A stretch of DNA of 32,703 bases from a virus (lineage: Duplodnaviria > Caudoviricetes), in IMG/VR virus record IMGVR_UViG_3300020397_001205, positions 1 to 32,703 of that record. One strand, written 5' to 3'. The notes beneath the pieces were generated by a model. It was not told the DNA's origin and did not search any database. It worked only from the letters and a program-made list of their open reading frames with translations. Positions 8,741-18,546 of this stretch are shown piece after piece. Each line of letters begins with the position of its first letter. Positions within the stretch are counted from its first letter, which is position 1. Both the position numbers and the translations under genes were made by a program.

Positions 8741-9805
8741 GTGTCAAGAAAAAAAGTGTATTTTATGAACGGTGGTGCAGGTAGAACAGTAGCCAGTATT
8801 CCTGCATTTGAAAAATTATACGAAAAAGATAAAGATTTTATAATTGTTTGTGAGGGAGGTATGGAGTTTTACAAAGGACATCCTTTCTTACATGAAATGG
8901 CATTTGATCACTGGCATAAAAATTTATTCAAAGATTATATTAAAGATAGAGATTGTATTACTCCAGAACCATATAGAGTTTGGGAATACTACAATCAAAA
9001 ATGTAGTTTAGCACAGGCTTTTGATATTGCTATAAACAACGAAGGATTGCGAGAATTAGCAGATCCAAAAATATATATGAACAAACACGAACTTGTTCAA
9101 GGTTATAAAGTTGTTGAAGAGATAAAAGCAGTTACAGGTAAAGACAAAGTTTTAGTTTTTCAACCATTTGGTAGGACAGCAGAAAACATGGGAGATTTTA
9201 TAATCGACGGATCTTCTAGAAGTTTTCATTTAAATGACGTAATTAGAATTTGTAAAGATTTAAGAGAAGATTACGCTGTGATAATAATGGCAGAATGGCC
9301 AGTAACAATAGAAGAAAATGCAAAAGTTCCTATTGCTGTTCCACAAATTCCTGATGTGAGAGTATGGTCAAGTATAATACAAATAGCAGATCACTTTTTA
9401 GGTTGTGATAGTTTAGGGCAACATATGGCAAAAGCATTAGGTACAACATGTACAAGTGTGATAGGTAGTACATATCCTATTAATATATCTTATCCTAACT
9501 CTCCAGACTTTGATATAATTGACTTAGGAGAAGGTAAAAGAAAATTTAGTCCTATTAGACTAACGATGGAAGATGAAATTGAAAGATACAACGATGAAGT
9601 AATGGAGTTGAATGATGAAAGTTTTAAGGAAATTGTATCAAGTGTGCGTAAACGCCTTGGTAAACCTCGGGCTTATACGGGAACGTACAAACCTCAAGAA
9701 CAACAAGGAGAAGTCTGCCCGACGCATGGGGTTGTCCACAAAAATGATGCAGGAATAACACATGCCAAGGAACCTGCTAAAATACTTGGAAGGACAGGTC
9801 GGTGA
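8741..9805 (+). CDS. GT-B glycosyltransferase, GT9 (heptosyltransferase)-like
   Basis: N-terminal GGAGRTVASIPA and C-terminal ADHFLGCDSLGQHMAKALG resemble the GT9 'GxGD' and 'DS-x-x-x-H-x-A-x-A-L' motifs. Start moved to GTG 8741 because of the AGGAG RBS. Confidence 0.65.
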   Translation: MSRKKVYFMNGGAGRTVASIPAFEKLYEKDKDFIIVCEGGMEFYKGHPFLHEMAFDHWHKNLFKDYIKDRDCITPEPYRVWEYYNQKCSLAQAFDIAINNEGLRELADPKIYMNKHELVQGYKVVEEIKAVTGKDKVLVFQPFGRTAENMGDFIIDGSSRSFHLNDVIRICKDLREDYAVIIMAEWPVTIEENAKVPIAVPQIPDVRVWSSIIQIADHFLGCDSLGQHMAKALGTTCTSVIGSTYPINISYPNSPDFDIIDLGEGKRKFSPIRLTMEDEIERYNDEVMELNDESFKEIVSSVRKRLGKPRAYTGTYKPQEQQGEVCPTHGVVHKNDAGITHAKEPAKILGRTGR

Positions 9806-10398
9806 GGTTAAACAGTGAACAGGAAAGTGCTATTTTAGAAGATTGGCAAGAAAATACTAGTTCGCAACCTATAAGGCAATTAGAAACTTGGGTAATAGAT
9901 GATTTACACTATCCAGAATACAGAAGATTTGACAAATTATTTACAGAAAATAATATAGGCCATAAAGACTGGGGCAACGGATGGTTGTATTATAAAAAGG
10001 ATATGCAATATCCTGAAGATTTAGATCCTGAAAAACACTTTCATGAATTTATTAAAAAGTCTTGCAAAGGTTTACCAATAAAAATTACAAATTTTAAAAA
10101 GTCGTGGGGCGTAAAATACATAGCTGGAGCATATAGTGGAATGCACAGCCACGTTCCAGGTAGACAATTGACAGCAGTTTTGTTTTTAACAACATCAATC
10201 CATTCTCAAGAATATCCATTGGCAGGAAATTTGGTTACATTACAACCTACTAATCATGAAATAAATTATGTTGCCACGCCTGCGATTCAAGGAAATATTG
10301 TAATAATGGATGGCAGGGTTTATCATGGAACGTATCCAACACTAAATGAACGTAAAGTTTTTGTTTGTGATTTTGATTACGAATTATATAATGGATGA
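9802..10398 (+). CDS. Fe(II)/2OG-type (double-stranded beta-helix) oxygenase, HxH type
   Basis: GAYSGMHSH..LTAVLFL..DGRVYHGTYP..RKVFVCDF; GTGA overlap with the upstream stop. Confidence 0.65.
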   Translation: MRLNSEQESAILEDWQENTSSQPIRQLETWVIDDLHYPEYRRFDKLFTENNIGHKDWGNGWLYYKKDMQYPEDLDPEKHFHEFIKKSCKGLPIKITNFKKSWGVKYIAGAYSGMHSHVPGRQLTAVLFLTTSIHSQEYPLAGNLVTLQPTNHEINYVATPAIQGNIVIMDGRVYHGTYPTLNERKVFVCDFDYELYNG

Positions 10399-10993
10399 AA
10401 AATTTTTAAACAATGCTTATCAGGGAGATAAAGATTTTTGGTTTCTATCCAAACAAGGAAAGATAGCTGATTATTGGATATCTAAATGTAAGTATCCTGA
10501 TTGGAAAAGATTCTTACCATTATTTGAAGAAAATATGGGTATGCAAACACATACTGATCACGGAGGAGCAATATTATCCTATAATAAGGATGGAAAATAT
10601 GTTTATCAAGTAGATCCAAAGCACGAATATGAAAACTTTATAAAAAAAGAATTAGAACCTTTTCAATTTGATAGTATAGAATTTGAAAAATGTTGGTGGA
10701 TAAAATATCCTGTAGGAGCATATAGTGGATTACATACTCATTTACCTTTACGAAAGCTAACATCAGTTTTATTTTTAGACACATTGGAGTTAAATGATGA
10801 CAAACCTTTAGCAGGTAAGTTACAGAGTGTAACACAAAATCCTGTTACTGGAGAACTTATCAGTGATGTTGCTAAATGTATTGCAGGAGATGTATCTATT
10901 ATGGACGGAAAAGTTTATCATGGAGTATATCCTACTCTACAAGAAAGGAGAGCATTTGTTTGCGATTTCATATATGAAGTTACATATGATTAA
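10391..10993 (+). CDS. Fe(II)/2OG-type oxygenase, HxH type; paralog of the upstream gene
   Basis: GAYSGLHTH..LTSVLFL..DGKVYHGVYP..RRAFVCDF. Start taken as ATG 10391 to minimise overlap. Confidence 0.65.
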   Translation: MDEKFLNNAYQGDKDFWFLSKQGKIADYWISKCKYPDWKRFLPLFEENMGMQTHTDHGGAILSYNKDGKYVYQVDPKHEYENFIKKELEPFQFDSIEFEKCWWIKYPVGAYSGLHTHLPLRKLTSVLFLDTLELNDDKPLAGKLQSVTQNPVTGELISDVAKCIAGDVSIMDGKVYHGVYPTLQERRAFVCDFIYEVTYD

Positions 10994-11026
10994 AACAGTT
11001 ACATACAATAAGAGAGGAATAAAAGT

Positions 11027-12850
11027 ATGACACAATGGATAGGAGCAATAACAAGAGGCCACAACGGTGGTGCGGTTTTACTTAAAGATGGTGAAATAGT
11101 TTTTGCTATCGAAGAGGAACGTCTTACAAGAAAGAAATATGATGGTGGTCCTTTAGCCGCTATGACAAAATTTCTTGATTATACAGACAAATTGGATTAC
11201 CTTGTAGTGGCTCATACACAACCTTTAGCTGAATCTAGTAGAATAGACTTCAGTGGTGGCGATATGTACACAGGTTTGGCAAGAAAATTAGGTTTAATAG
11301 ACAGATCAAATAGTGCATATGGACAAAACTTTGATCATAGACAGGTTATTGATATGAGTGATGTACACCACAAGTTACATGCCGCCTGTGCTTTTTATAG
11401 ATCAGGTTTTGAATCAGCGGTTGCATTAGTAGTTGACGGTGCAGGAACGTTCATACCTATGAATATTAATACTGGTTTATATAACGATGAAACTATGACT
11501 TGGGAATGTGAAAGCATTTTTTCATGTAGTTACCCAGATGATTTCAAAACTTTATATAAACACCAAGGTGGAAATGGACCTTATCCTGGTACAAAAATAG
11601 ATCAAATATCGTCCGAAAGAGAACATGAAGAAGGATATCATGAATTAGTGTTGGATGATACAGCTGGTATTGTAAAAGCCTACGAAGCAGTAACACAATA
11701 TTGTGGTTTTCAACCAATAGAAGCAGGAAAAACTATGGGGTTAAGCCCTTATGGACAACCTTGCGATAAATTTCCTAAAATTTATACAGATGGTGGTGGT
11801 GGAAAATGGAGAACAACTGATAAAAACTTCATTATACCGACTTATCCTAACGCCGCTTTAGTAAATGAGTCAAGATTTTCATATTTGGAGACTACAGAAG
11901 ACCAAGCTAACAGTAGAATAGACTTAACTACGTTAGAAAATAGAAGAAATCTTGCATACGCTGTACAAAAAGAATCTCAAGAAGAAGTTTTAAAGTTAAT
12001 TTTCAAAGCAGTTGAAATGACTGGAAATAAAAATGTTGTATTAAGCGGAGGATATGCTTTAAATTGTGTAGCTAATTATTTTTTCCTTGATGAATTGAAC
12101 AAAGAAGGTATCAAACTTTATGTTGAACCGGTTAGTAATGATGCAGGCACGGCAATAGGTGCGGCTATGTTGCAATATCATCAAACTACAAAAGATCGAA
12201 AAGTAAGACCTTACGCAGAAACAATATATGAAGGTTTTGAATACGAGTATACTTTAAATGATATAACAAAAATTGCAGATAGTTATGGTGCAAGTGTAAC
12301 TGATGCAGATAATAAGCATATTGTTGACTTATTAACAAGTAAAAACATTGTTACAATATTTCAAGGTAAGTCTGAAAACGGCCCTAGAGCATTAGGAAAT
12401 AGAAGTATATTATTTGATCCTACTTATGAAGATGGCAAGGATTTTGTGAACAAAGTAAAACGTAGAGAATACTTTAGACCATTTGCAGGTTCAATTTTGT
12501 TAGAACATGCACACGAATGGTTTGATATGAAAGGAATGGAACAGTCTCCGCATATGATGTATGCAATGGATTGTCAGCCAGGTGTAGCAGAAAAGATTCC
12601 GTCGATAATACATGTTGATGGAACATGTAGAATACAAACTGTTACCAAGGAACAAAACGAAAATTACTATAATCTAATAGAAGAGTTCTACAAAAAGACT
12701 AATATTCCAATTGTGTTCAATACAAGTTTCAATCTTGCTGGCGAACCATTGGTAGAAACATTAGAAGATGCTGTTAGAACATTGTATAACAGTGAAATGG
12801 AGTATTGTTATTTGCCAGAATTTGGGAAATTAATAGAAATGAAAAACTAA
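11027..12850 (+). CDS. O-carbamoyltransferase, NodU/CmcH/TobZ family
   Basis: EEERLTRKK, HHKLHA, VDGAG, GKTMGLSPYG, SGGYALNCVAN, NDAGTAIGAA, GPRALGNRS, KRREYFRPFA, HVDGTCRIQTV, NTSFN. Confidence 0.93.
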   Translation: MTQWIGAITRGHNGGAVLLKDGEIVFAIEEERLTRKKYDGGPLAAMTKFLDYTDKLDYLVVAHTQPLAESSRIDFSGGDMYTGLARKLGLIDRSNSAYGQNFDHRQVIDMSDVHHKLHAACAFYRSGFESAVALVVDGAGTFIPMNINTGLYNDETMTWECESIFSCSYPDDFKTLYKHQGGNGPYPGTKIDQISSEREHEEGYHELVLDDTAGIVKAYEAVTQYCGFQPIEAGKTMGLSPYGQPCDKFPKIYTDGGGGKWRTTDKNFIIPTYPNAALVNESRFSYLETTEDQANSRIDLTTLENRRNLAYAVQKESQEEVLKLIFKAVEMTGNKNVVLSGGYALNCVANYFFLDELNKEGIKLYVEPVSNDAGTAIGAAMLQYHQTTKDRKVRPYAETIYEGFEYEYTLNDITKIADSYGASVTDADNKHIVDLLTSKNIVTIFQGKSENGPRALGNRSILFDPTYEDGKDFVNKVKRREYFRPFAGSILLEHAHEWFDMKGMEQSPHMMYAMDCQPGVAEKIPSIIHVDGTCRIQTVTKEQNENYYNLIEEFYKKTNIPIVFNTSFNLAGEPLVETLEDAVRTLYNSEMEYCYLPEFGKLIEMKN

Positions 12851-13455
12851 TGTTACAAAACCTATATGCTATACCAGTTTATAAAATTAAATTACCAGAG
12901 CATGAACAGATCCAGCAAGACTTTGAAGATGTTCTAAAAGATGACAGTAATTTTGATCATGTTTCTACATGGTATAGTAATGTAGATACTACATTTGGTA
13001 ATCCTGAAGCCAATAATTTACCTTTCAATACATTCATCAAAAGTGCAATTATAGGATTGAATGAATATCTCAAACATTTCAAGATAGATGCACCAATTCG
13101 ATATGGAATAGAGTGTTGGCTCAACAGATATAAAAGAGATTACTATCAGGAAGTACATAATCACGCCGGCAGAAGTGTTTTTAGTTGTGCATACATGTTA
13201 AAAACACCTAAGGATAGCGGAAATTTTGTATTTTACAAAAATACGTATGATAATTTGCACTCAAGCGGACTGCCAATATTATCGAGTCAACCATTCATGT
13301 TTAATAATAGAATAACACCACCTATGGAAGAAGGTGATATAATTTATTTTCCTAGCACCTTAGAACATTACGTGACTGGTAACAAAACTGATAATATAAG
13401 AGCAACTATAAGTGCCAATTTTATGTTGGAGTTGAAAGAAAATGAAGAAAAATAG
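12850..13455 (+). CDS. Putative 2OG-Fe(II) oxygenase, TIGR02466-like
   Basis: WLNRY..QEVHNH..FSCAY..EGDIIYFPSTLEHYV..RATISANF. Start at ATG 12850 (TAATG coupling). Confidence 0.8.
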   Translation: MLQNLYAIPVYKIKLPEHEQIQQDFEDVLKDDSNFDHVSTWYSNVDTTFGNPEANNLPFNTFIKSAIIGLNEYLKHFKIDAPIRYGIECWLNRYKRDYYQEVHNHAGRSVFSCAYMLKTPKDSGNFVFYKNTYDNLHSSGLPILSSQPFMFNNRITPPMEEGDIIYFPSTLEHYVTGNKTDNIRATISANFMLELKENEEK

Positions 13456-14149
13456 TATAGATGAATATAAAGTCTTTGAAATAAATCCAAACTATGATGT
13501 AAAAGTTGAAATATATCAACCAGGCAACGTCAAAGTATTAATAGTTGACGACTTTTACAAGGATCCTTGGGCTGTTAGACAACTTGCTCTTGATATTCCG
13601 GCAAGTATTAACAAGAGAATACGGGGAATGAACCCTGCTCATAGGATTAATGCATTTTATGATTTATCACCAATGGCTTGGGCATTTGATCAACTGATTA
13701 GAACACATTTTCATGCAGAAGCTAGTCAACTCCCTCCAGATTACCTCCAGCAAAGTTTTACAAACGCAACATTTATGGTAAATGTCATGCAAAGTGAGAA
13801 CTTGCCACCTTTATGTCCTCACATGGACAACACCAGTGGCGTTAATTTTGCCAGCACAATCTATTTGAACACTGCTGATGAATGCCAAGGTGGTACAAGT
13901 TTTTACACATATGGTGGAAAGACATATTATGATGATCAACATCAAATGCAAACGCTTGACAAAGCAGGAAAAATGCCTATCAAACAATACATTACTGATA
14001 GTATAGGAGATTTTGAAATGATTGGCATGGCTCCGATGATATTTAATAGAATGGTGCTGTATAATCAAGCAGTATTACATACTGCATACGTAAAACCAGG
14101 AATGTTTGTTGGTGATAACTACAGATTAAACCAACAATTTTTTATTTAG
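13442..14149 (+). CDS. 2OG-Fe(II) oxygenase-like protein (DUF6445-like)
   Basis: IVDDFYKDP..PHMD..STIYLN..GGTSFY..FNRMVLY..LH..RLNQQFF, giving an HxD..H..R arrangement. Confidence 0.75.
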   Translation: MKKNSIDEYKVFEINPNYDVKVEIYQPGNVKVLIVDDFYKDPWAVRQLALDIPASINKRIRGMNPAHRINAFYDLSPMAWAFDQLIRTHFHAEASQLPPDYLQQSFTNATFMVNVMQSENLPPLCPHMDNTSGVNFASTIYLNTADECQGGTSFYTYGGKTYYDDQHQMQTLDKAGKMPIKQYITDSIGDFEMIGMAPMIFNRMVLYNQAVLHTAYVKPGMFVGDNYRLNQQFFI

Positions 14150-14158
14150 GAGACAAAT

Positions 14159-14734
14159 ATGGAAGGTGACTACAACGGAATAGAAGAATATAAACATTGT
14201 TTTCCATTAGACTACTGTAAAAAACTAATAGAAACTTTTGAACAACGTGCTAGTATGCAATTAACCGAACATCAAACTGGTTTTAAAAACCAAGATGAAA
14301 GAATATTTATGGATATGGCAAATCATAACAATATGTTTCATGTTGATGCAGACTTATGTAAGTTTTTTTATCAAACTGTAATGACAACATACGAAGAAAA
14401 GTATAGAAAGAAATATGACAGTCTTGGTGCTGTAGTTCAACATTCTCCTAAAGGTATGAGCATTCAAAAAACAAGACCACACCAAGGATATCATGCATGG
14501 CATTGTGAAAATGCAGATTTATGCACTTCTTCTAGATTGATGGCTTATACGCTTTATTTAAATACAGTGGAAGAAGGAGGAGAGACTGAATTTTTGTACC
14601 AAGGTGTAAAAATAAAACCAGAACCAGGCAAGTTAGCAATCTTTCCAGCGTACTATACGCACCCTCATAGGGGAAATCCAATATACAAAGGCATAAAATA
14701 TATTGTATCTGGCTGGTATACATTCGATGAATAG
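14159..14734 (+). CDS. 2OG-Fe(II) oxygenase, prolyl-4-hydroxylase-like
   Basis: YHAWHCE..RLMAYTLYLNTVEEGGETEF..GKLAIFP..THPHRGNP..KYIVSGW, typical of T4-like aquatic phages; AGGAG RBS. Confidence 0.88.
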   Translation: MEGDYNGIEEYKHCFPLDYCKKLIETFEQRASMQLTEHQTGFKNQDERIFMDMANHNNMFHVDADLCKFFYQTVMTTYEEKYRKKYDSLGAVVQHSPKGMSIQKTRPHQGYHAWHCENADLCTSSRLMAYTLYLNTVEEGGETEFLYQGVKIKPEPGKLAIFPAYYTHPHRGNPIYKGIKYIVSGWYTFDE

Positions 14735-14742
14735 GATCTGAT

Positions 14743-15108
14743 ATGAAAAAAATATTATTTGTAGCAATATTAGGAATTTTTATATTATTCGCTACTGGTT
14801 TTACTAGTTTTGCAGGCGAATGGCAAGATAAACCTGTAATGTGTGGTGATGAACAAGAAGTTTTTGGACTTATGGGCAGTAAAGACGAACAATTACTTCT
14901 AAGAGGAGATTTGATAGCGAAAGTTAGAGATCCAGATGAAGCAGATGGCTTATCGGTTACTCCAGCTATATTGCCTTTAGCTGTATATGGTAATTTTAAA
15001 ACAGGAACATTTACTATTGTTGAATATCACGGTGCACCTTATAATCAATTTTGCATAATTGCGTTTGGTCAAAAGTTACAACTACCTGATTATGGAGCAA
15101 CAAAGTGA
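14743..15108 (+). CDS. Small exported protein with signal peptide and two Cys
   Basis: MKK + hydrophobic stretch + SFA cleavage-like site; KPVMCG...FTIVE...FCIIAFG. Confidence 0.65.
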   Translation: MKKILFVAILGIFILFATGFTSFAGEWQDKPVMCGDEQEVFGLMGSKDEQLLLRGDLIAKVRDPDEADGLSVTPAILPLAVYGNFKTGTFTIVEYHGAPYNQFCIIAFGQKLQLPDYGATK

Positions 15109-16544
15109 AAATTTGTGTTGTAGGAGGAGGCACAGCAGGTTTTGTCTCAGCACTTATACTGAAATCTACCTTTCCCACTTATACTGTAGATGTTATTAAA
15201 AGTTCTAATATTCCAACAATAGGAGTTGGAGAAGGATCTACCGAGCATTGGGCAAGATTTATGGATTTTGTAGGTATTCCAGCCGGAGAAATGATAAAAG
15301 AATGTGATGCTACATTTAAATCCGGCATCATGTTTGAAAATTGGGGTGCAAAAGATTATCTACAGAATGTCCACGCACATTATACAGTAGATAAAAACGG
15401 ATTTCCTATAGCATATTCAAAATTGATGTCTGAGGATTGTAATCCAATCGAACTTACTGGATCATATCTTTGGGAAAACAAAACTCCATTCATGAAGTTT
15501 ATAGAAGAAAGACCAAATGAAACAGGAGTATCTCAGTACCATTTTAATACAAGTAAACTAAATGATTATCTTGTTAAAAAAGCACAACTGCTTGGTTGTC
15601 AAGTCATTGACGATGAAATTGAACCAGTGTGGTCGACAGAAATAAAATATTTAAAAGGCAAGAAACAGGATTATCACTATGATTTTTATATCGATTGCAC
15701 AGGTTTCAAAAGACTTTTAATCAGTAAGCTGGGAGCAAAATGGAAAAGTTATAGACAATGGTTAAAAATGAAAGAAGCAATAGTATTTCCTACTCCTGAA
15801 GAAGATGAAATACCAATGTGGACACTTGCAAGGGCAATGAACTGTGGTTGGATGTTTAGAATTCCTGTGTATGATAGGAAGGGTAATGGATATATCTATG
15901 ATAGTGATTACATTACTGCCGATGAAGCTCAAAAAGAAGTTGAAAATTATTTAGGTCATGAAGTAACAGTTGCAAAAAATATTAAATTCGATCCAGGAGC
16001 AATAGATAAGCCTTGGATTGCAAATTGTTGTGCAATAGGCCTTAGTGCTAACTTTGTTGAACCGTTAGAAGCTAGTAGTATCGGTACAAGCATTAATCAA
16101 TCATTCTTATTAGCACAAAGAATTTTCAAATATAACGAAATAACAATACAAAAATACAATGCTGAAGTTGATGCTATAATGGAAAATATAAGAGACTTTA
16201 TTATATTACATTACATAAGTCCAAGACGTGACACAAAATTTTGGGAAGACGTTGCTGAAATAGAATTACCTGAAAGTTTAAAAAATAATTTAAGTATGTG
16301 GAAACATCGATTACCAGTTGCAGATGATTTTCCAAATAAAAGTCTGTTCAATGAATACAATCATGCTTTGGTGATGCACGGAATGAATCTTTTTAATAGA
16401 AATAGTTTGAAAAAACAATATGAGGAACTTCATCCAGATGCAAAACAACATGTTGAACACTTAATAAACGAAAAAAATAATTTTGATAATATAAAAGCAA
16501 TACCGCATAAACTTATGTTAGATTTATTGCGGAGACTTTCATGA
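15105..16544 (+). CDS. Flavin-dependent (tryptophan halogenase family) halogenase
   Basis: GGGTAG, IGVGEGS, DATFKSGI (catalytic Lys position), YHF, IDCTGF, GWMFRIP, FVEPLEASSI. Confidence 0.9.
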   Translation: MKICVVGGGTAGFVSALILKSTFPTYTVDVIKSSNIPTIGVGEGSTEHWARFMDFVGIPAGEMIKECDATFKSGIMFENWGAKDYLQNVHAHYTVDKNGFPIAYSKLMSEDCNPIELTGSYLWENKTPFMKFIEERPNETGVSQYHFNTSKLNDYLVKKAQLLGCQVIDDEIEPVWSTEIKYLKGKKQDYHYDFYIDCTGFKRLLISKLGAKWKSYRQWLKMKEAIVFPTPEEDEIPMWTLARAMNCGWMFRIPVYDRKGNGYIYDSDYITADEAQKEVENYLGHEVTVAKNIKFDPGAIDKPWIANCCAIGLSANFVEPLEASSIGTSINQSFLLAQRIFKYNEITIQKYNAEVDAIMENIRDFIILHYISPRRDTKFWEDVAEIELPESLKNNLSMWKHRLPVADDFPNKSLFNEYNHALVMHGMNLFNRNSLKKQYEELHPDAKQHVEHLINEKNNFDNIKAIPHKLMLDLLRRLS

Positions 16545-17392
16545 GAATATTTGCGTTTGGTTGCAGTCTATCTCAATATTTTTTTCCTACTTGGGCTGAC
16601 ATACTAATATATCAATATAAAAACAAAGGCTATCACGGAGAAAACTGGGCTAAAAGTGGAGCAGGTAATCAGTACATCAACACAAGACTTTGGGAAGCTA
16701 ACACAATCTACAAATTTAACAAAGAAGATATTATTTTGTTACAATGGACAAGTATGTTCCGTGAAGATAGATATCATATGAACAAAGGTTGGTGGACCCC
16801 TGGCAATTTCAATTTAAATAACGAAAATCAATCTTTTGTCCTTAACAATTATTTTTATGACAATCAAAACGTTTGGGCAGACCCAATACATGCTGTAATG
16901 AGAGATTGTGCATTAATATCAAGCACTCATAGAGCTTTAGCAAGTATAGGATGCAAAGTAATTACAACAGGATTTAGAGATTGGGAAGAAGGTTGGACAG
17001 AATTATCTACAGAATTTACTACACAAAAGTATCTTACTATTGAAGATGTAAGAGCTGTTTTAGAAAAATATAAAGATGAAATAAAATTATCGACACCACC
17101 TATACTGACTGCTTTAGGATTTGAAACAAGCGATAAATTTTTCAAAAGTAGACCTACCAGTGTACCTAGCAAACAAGAAGATCATAAACATATGATTTCT
17201 CCAGAAGTACATCCTCTAACTCACGAAGCCGCAGACTTTGTTAACAATCATGTTGAAAAATTAGACCAACAGACAACAGAATTTGTGGAACAATGGAGAG
17301 AAAAATTAAATCAAGATACAATTTTATTATATGAACTTGACTGGTTTAATAAAGATAAACATGGTTGGTCAGATGATGGATGGAGACCATAA
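16541..17392 (+). CDS. SGNH/GDSL hydrolase-like hypothetical protein
   Basis: FAFGCS near the N-terminus, NWAKSGAGN, QWT..RED and a late HP..H motif. Confidence 0.55.
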   Translation: MRIFAFGCSLSQYFFPTWADILIYQYKNKGYHGENWAKSGAGNQYINTRLWEANTIYKFNKEDIILLQWTSMFREDRYHMNKGWWTPGNFNLNNENQSFVLNNYFYDNQNVWADPIHAVMRDCALISSTHRALASIGCKVITTGFRDWEEGWTELSTEFTTQKYLTIEDVRAVLEKYKDEIKLSTPPILTALGFETSDKFFKSRPTSVPSKQEDHKHMISPEVHPLTHEAADFVNNHVEKLDQQTTEFVEQWREKLNQDTILLYELDWFNKDKHGWSDDGWRP

Positions 17393-17976
17393 TGACAATA
17401 CCTGTTATAGGATTAGATAGAGACGGAACAATAAATCAAGATATAGGATTAACAGAGGAGGGTGTACCTCCTTATTGTATCAAACCAGAACAATTTAAGC
17501 CTATACCCGGTAGCTTAGAAGCTGTAAAAATGATAAGAGACAAAGGATATGATGTAGTTATTTTAACTAATCAATCAGGCATACAAAGAGGTGTGATGGA
17601 CGCAGTTGATGTTGACATAGTTAATAATTACATGCTCAAACTTTTAGGCGATATAGGTTGTAAAAGCATTAACGGACTGTATTATTCAACCACACCATTC
17701 AAAGACGATCCGTACAGAAAACCTAATATAGGAATGTTCAAAAGAGCGTCTGCTGAAATTGGAGTCGATTGGACAAACGGAGTGTACGTTGGTGATAAAA
17801 TTACAGATCTAAAAGCGGCCATGAAGGCAAAAGCAAAACCAGTGCTTGTACGCACAGGATATGGTGAAGAAACTACAAAGAAACTTAATACTTTTGCAAA
17901 CAAAGACCTCAAAAAACGCACTGAAATATTTGACGATCTAAGTAAGTTTGCACACAGCTTGGTTGATTTGTCCTAA
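17392..17976 (+). CDS. gmhB: D-glycero-D-manno-heptose-1,7-bisphosphate phosphatase (HAD-IIIA)
   Basis: LDRDGTIN, TNQSGI, RKPNIGM, VGDKITD, VLVRTGYG. Start at ATG 17392 (GGAG RBS, TAATG coupling). Confidence 0.85.
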   Translation: MTIPVIGLDRDGTINQDIGLTEEGVPPYCIKPEQFKPIPGSLEAVKMIRDKGYDVVILTNQSGIQRGVMDAVDVDIVNNYMLKLLGDIGCKSINGLYYSTTPFKDDPYRKPNIGMFKRASAEIGVDWTNGVYVGDKITDLKAAMKAKAKPVLVRTGYGEETTKKLNTFANKDLKKRTEIFDDLSKFAHSLVDLS

Positions 17977-18009
17977 TTTATAATAGTTCTACATATCTGT
18001 TTATAAAGA

Positions 18010-18015
18010 TAAATA
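18010..18015 (+). promoter_or_regulatory. T4-like late promoter core (TAAATA)
   Basis: GATAAATA, then GGAG and ATG at 18034, at the head of the second structural block. Confidence 0.65.
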
Positions 18016-18033
18016 CAATATGGAGCATGTGTA

Positions 18034-18543
18034 ATGAATAAACAGCTGAACAATCTATTATCTAAAGGTCAAAATAACACCATAGAGCTTTCGAATAGAA
18101 GTAGCTTTAGTTTCAAAGGAAACTGGATAGGCGTATATCCTAGCACAATAATGGATAAATGGCATGTTGGTGATTTCAGTAGTGTTGTATATCAGATAAC
18201 AGTAGAATTTGGATCAAATGAAAAAGAAATTATGCAACTATCTGTAGTTGCTAGACCAGATAGAGCTGTTGCTACTATATTTGGAAGATCAAGTATTAAC
18301 CAAGAGCTAATAAATCTTTCAGTCACAGTAGATGCAGGATTATGTTACATTAATGTAACACCGACAAGCGGTTATGCAGGCGCTAAATTAATATTCCATG
18401 GTACATACGCAAGAACAATTAATCAACTTGTTCCTCCGGCTATTGTCGCAGATACGTCAACAGAAGAGCCAAGCGGAATAAATACTTTTGATAGTTTAAC
18501 AAGTACAATGGATAATACAACACTAACATTTGATAAGGGTTAA
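18034..18543 (+). CDS. Putative virion structural protein
   Basis: Beta-rich, with a C-terminal TFDS..TMDN..TFD motif of the kind seen in T4-like baseplate-associated proteins; precedes a gp9-like gene. Confidence 0.5.
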   Translation: MNKQLNNLLSKGQNNTIELSNRSSFSFKGNWIGVYPSTIMDKWHVGDFSSVVYQITVEFGSNEKEIMQLSVVARPDRAVATIFGRSSINQELINLSVTVDAGLCYINVTPTSGYAGAKLIFHGTYARTINQLVPPAIVADTSTEEPSGINTFDSLTSTMDNTTLTFDKG

Positions 18544-18546
18544 GAG

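Noticed and set aside
17392-17976. Histidinol-phosphatase (HisB-N) call
   Set aside because: Same HAD subfamily, but hldE and hldD in the window and the absence of his genes favour GmhB. The zinc-binding CxH..CxC motif is absent (YYSTT..DPYRKP), so some uncertainty remains.
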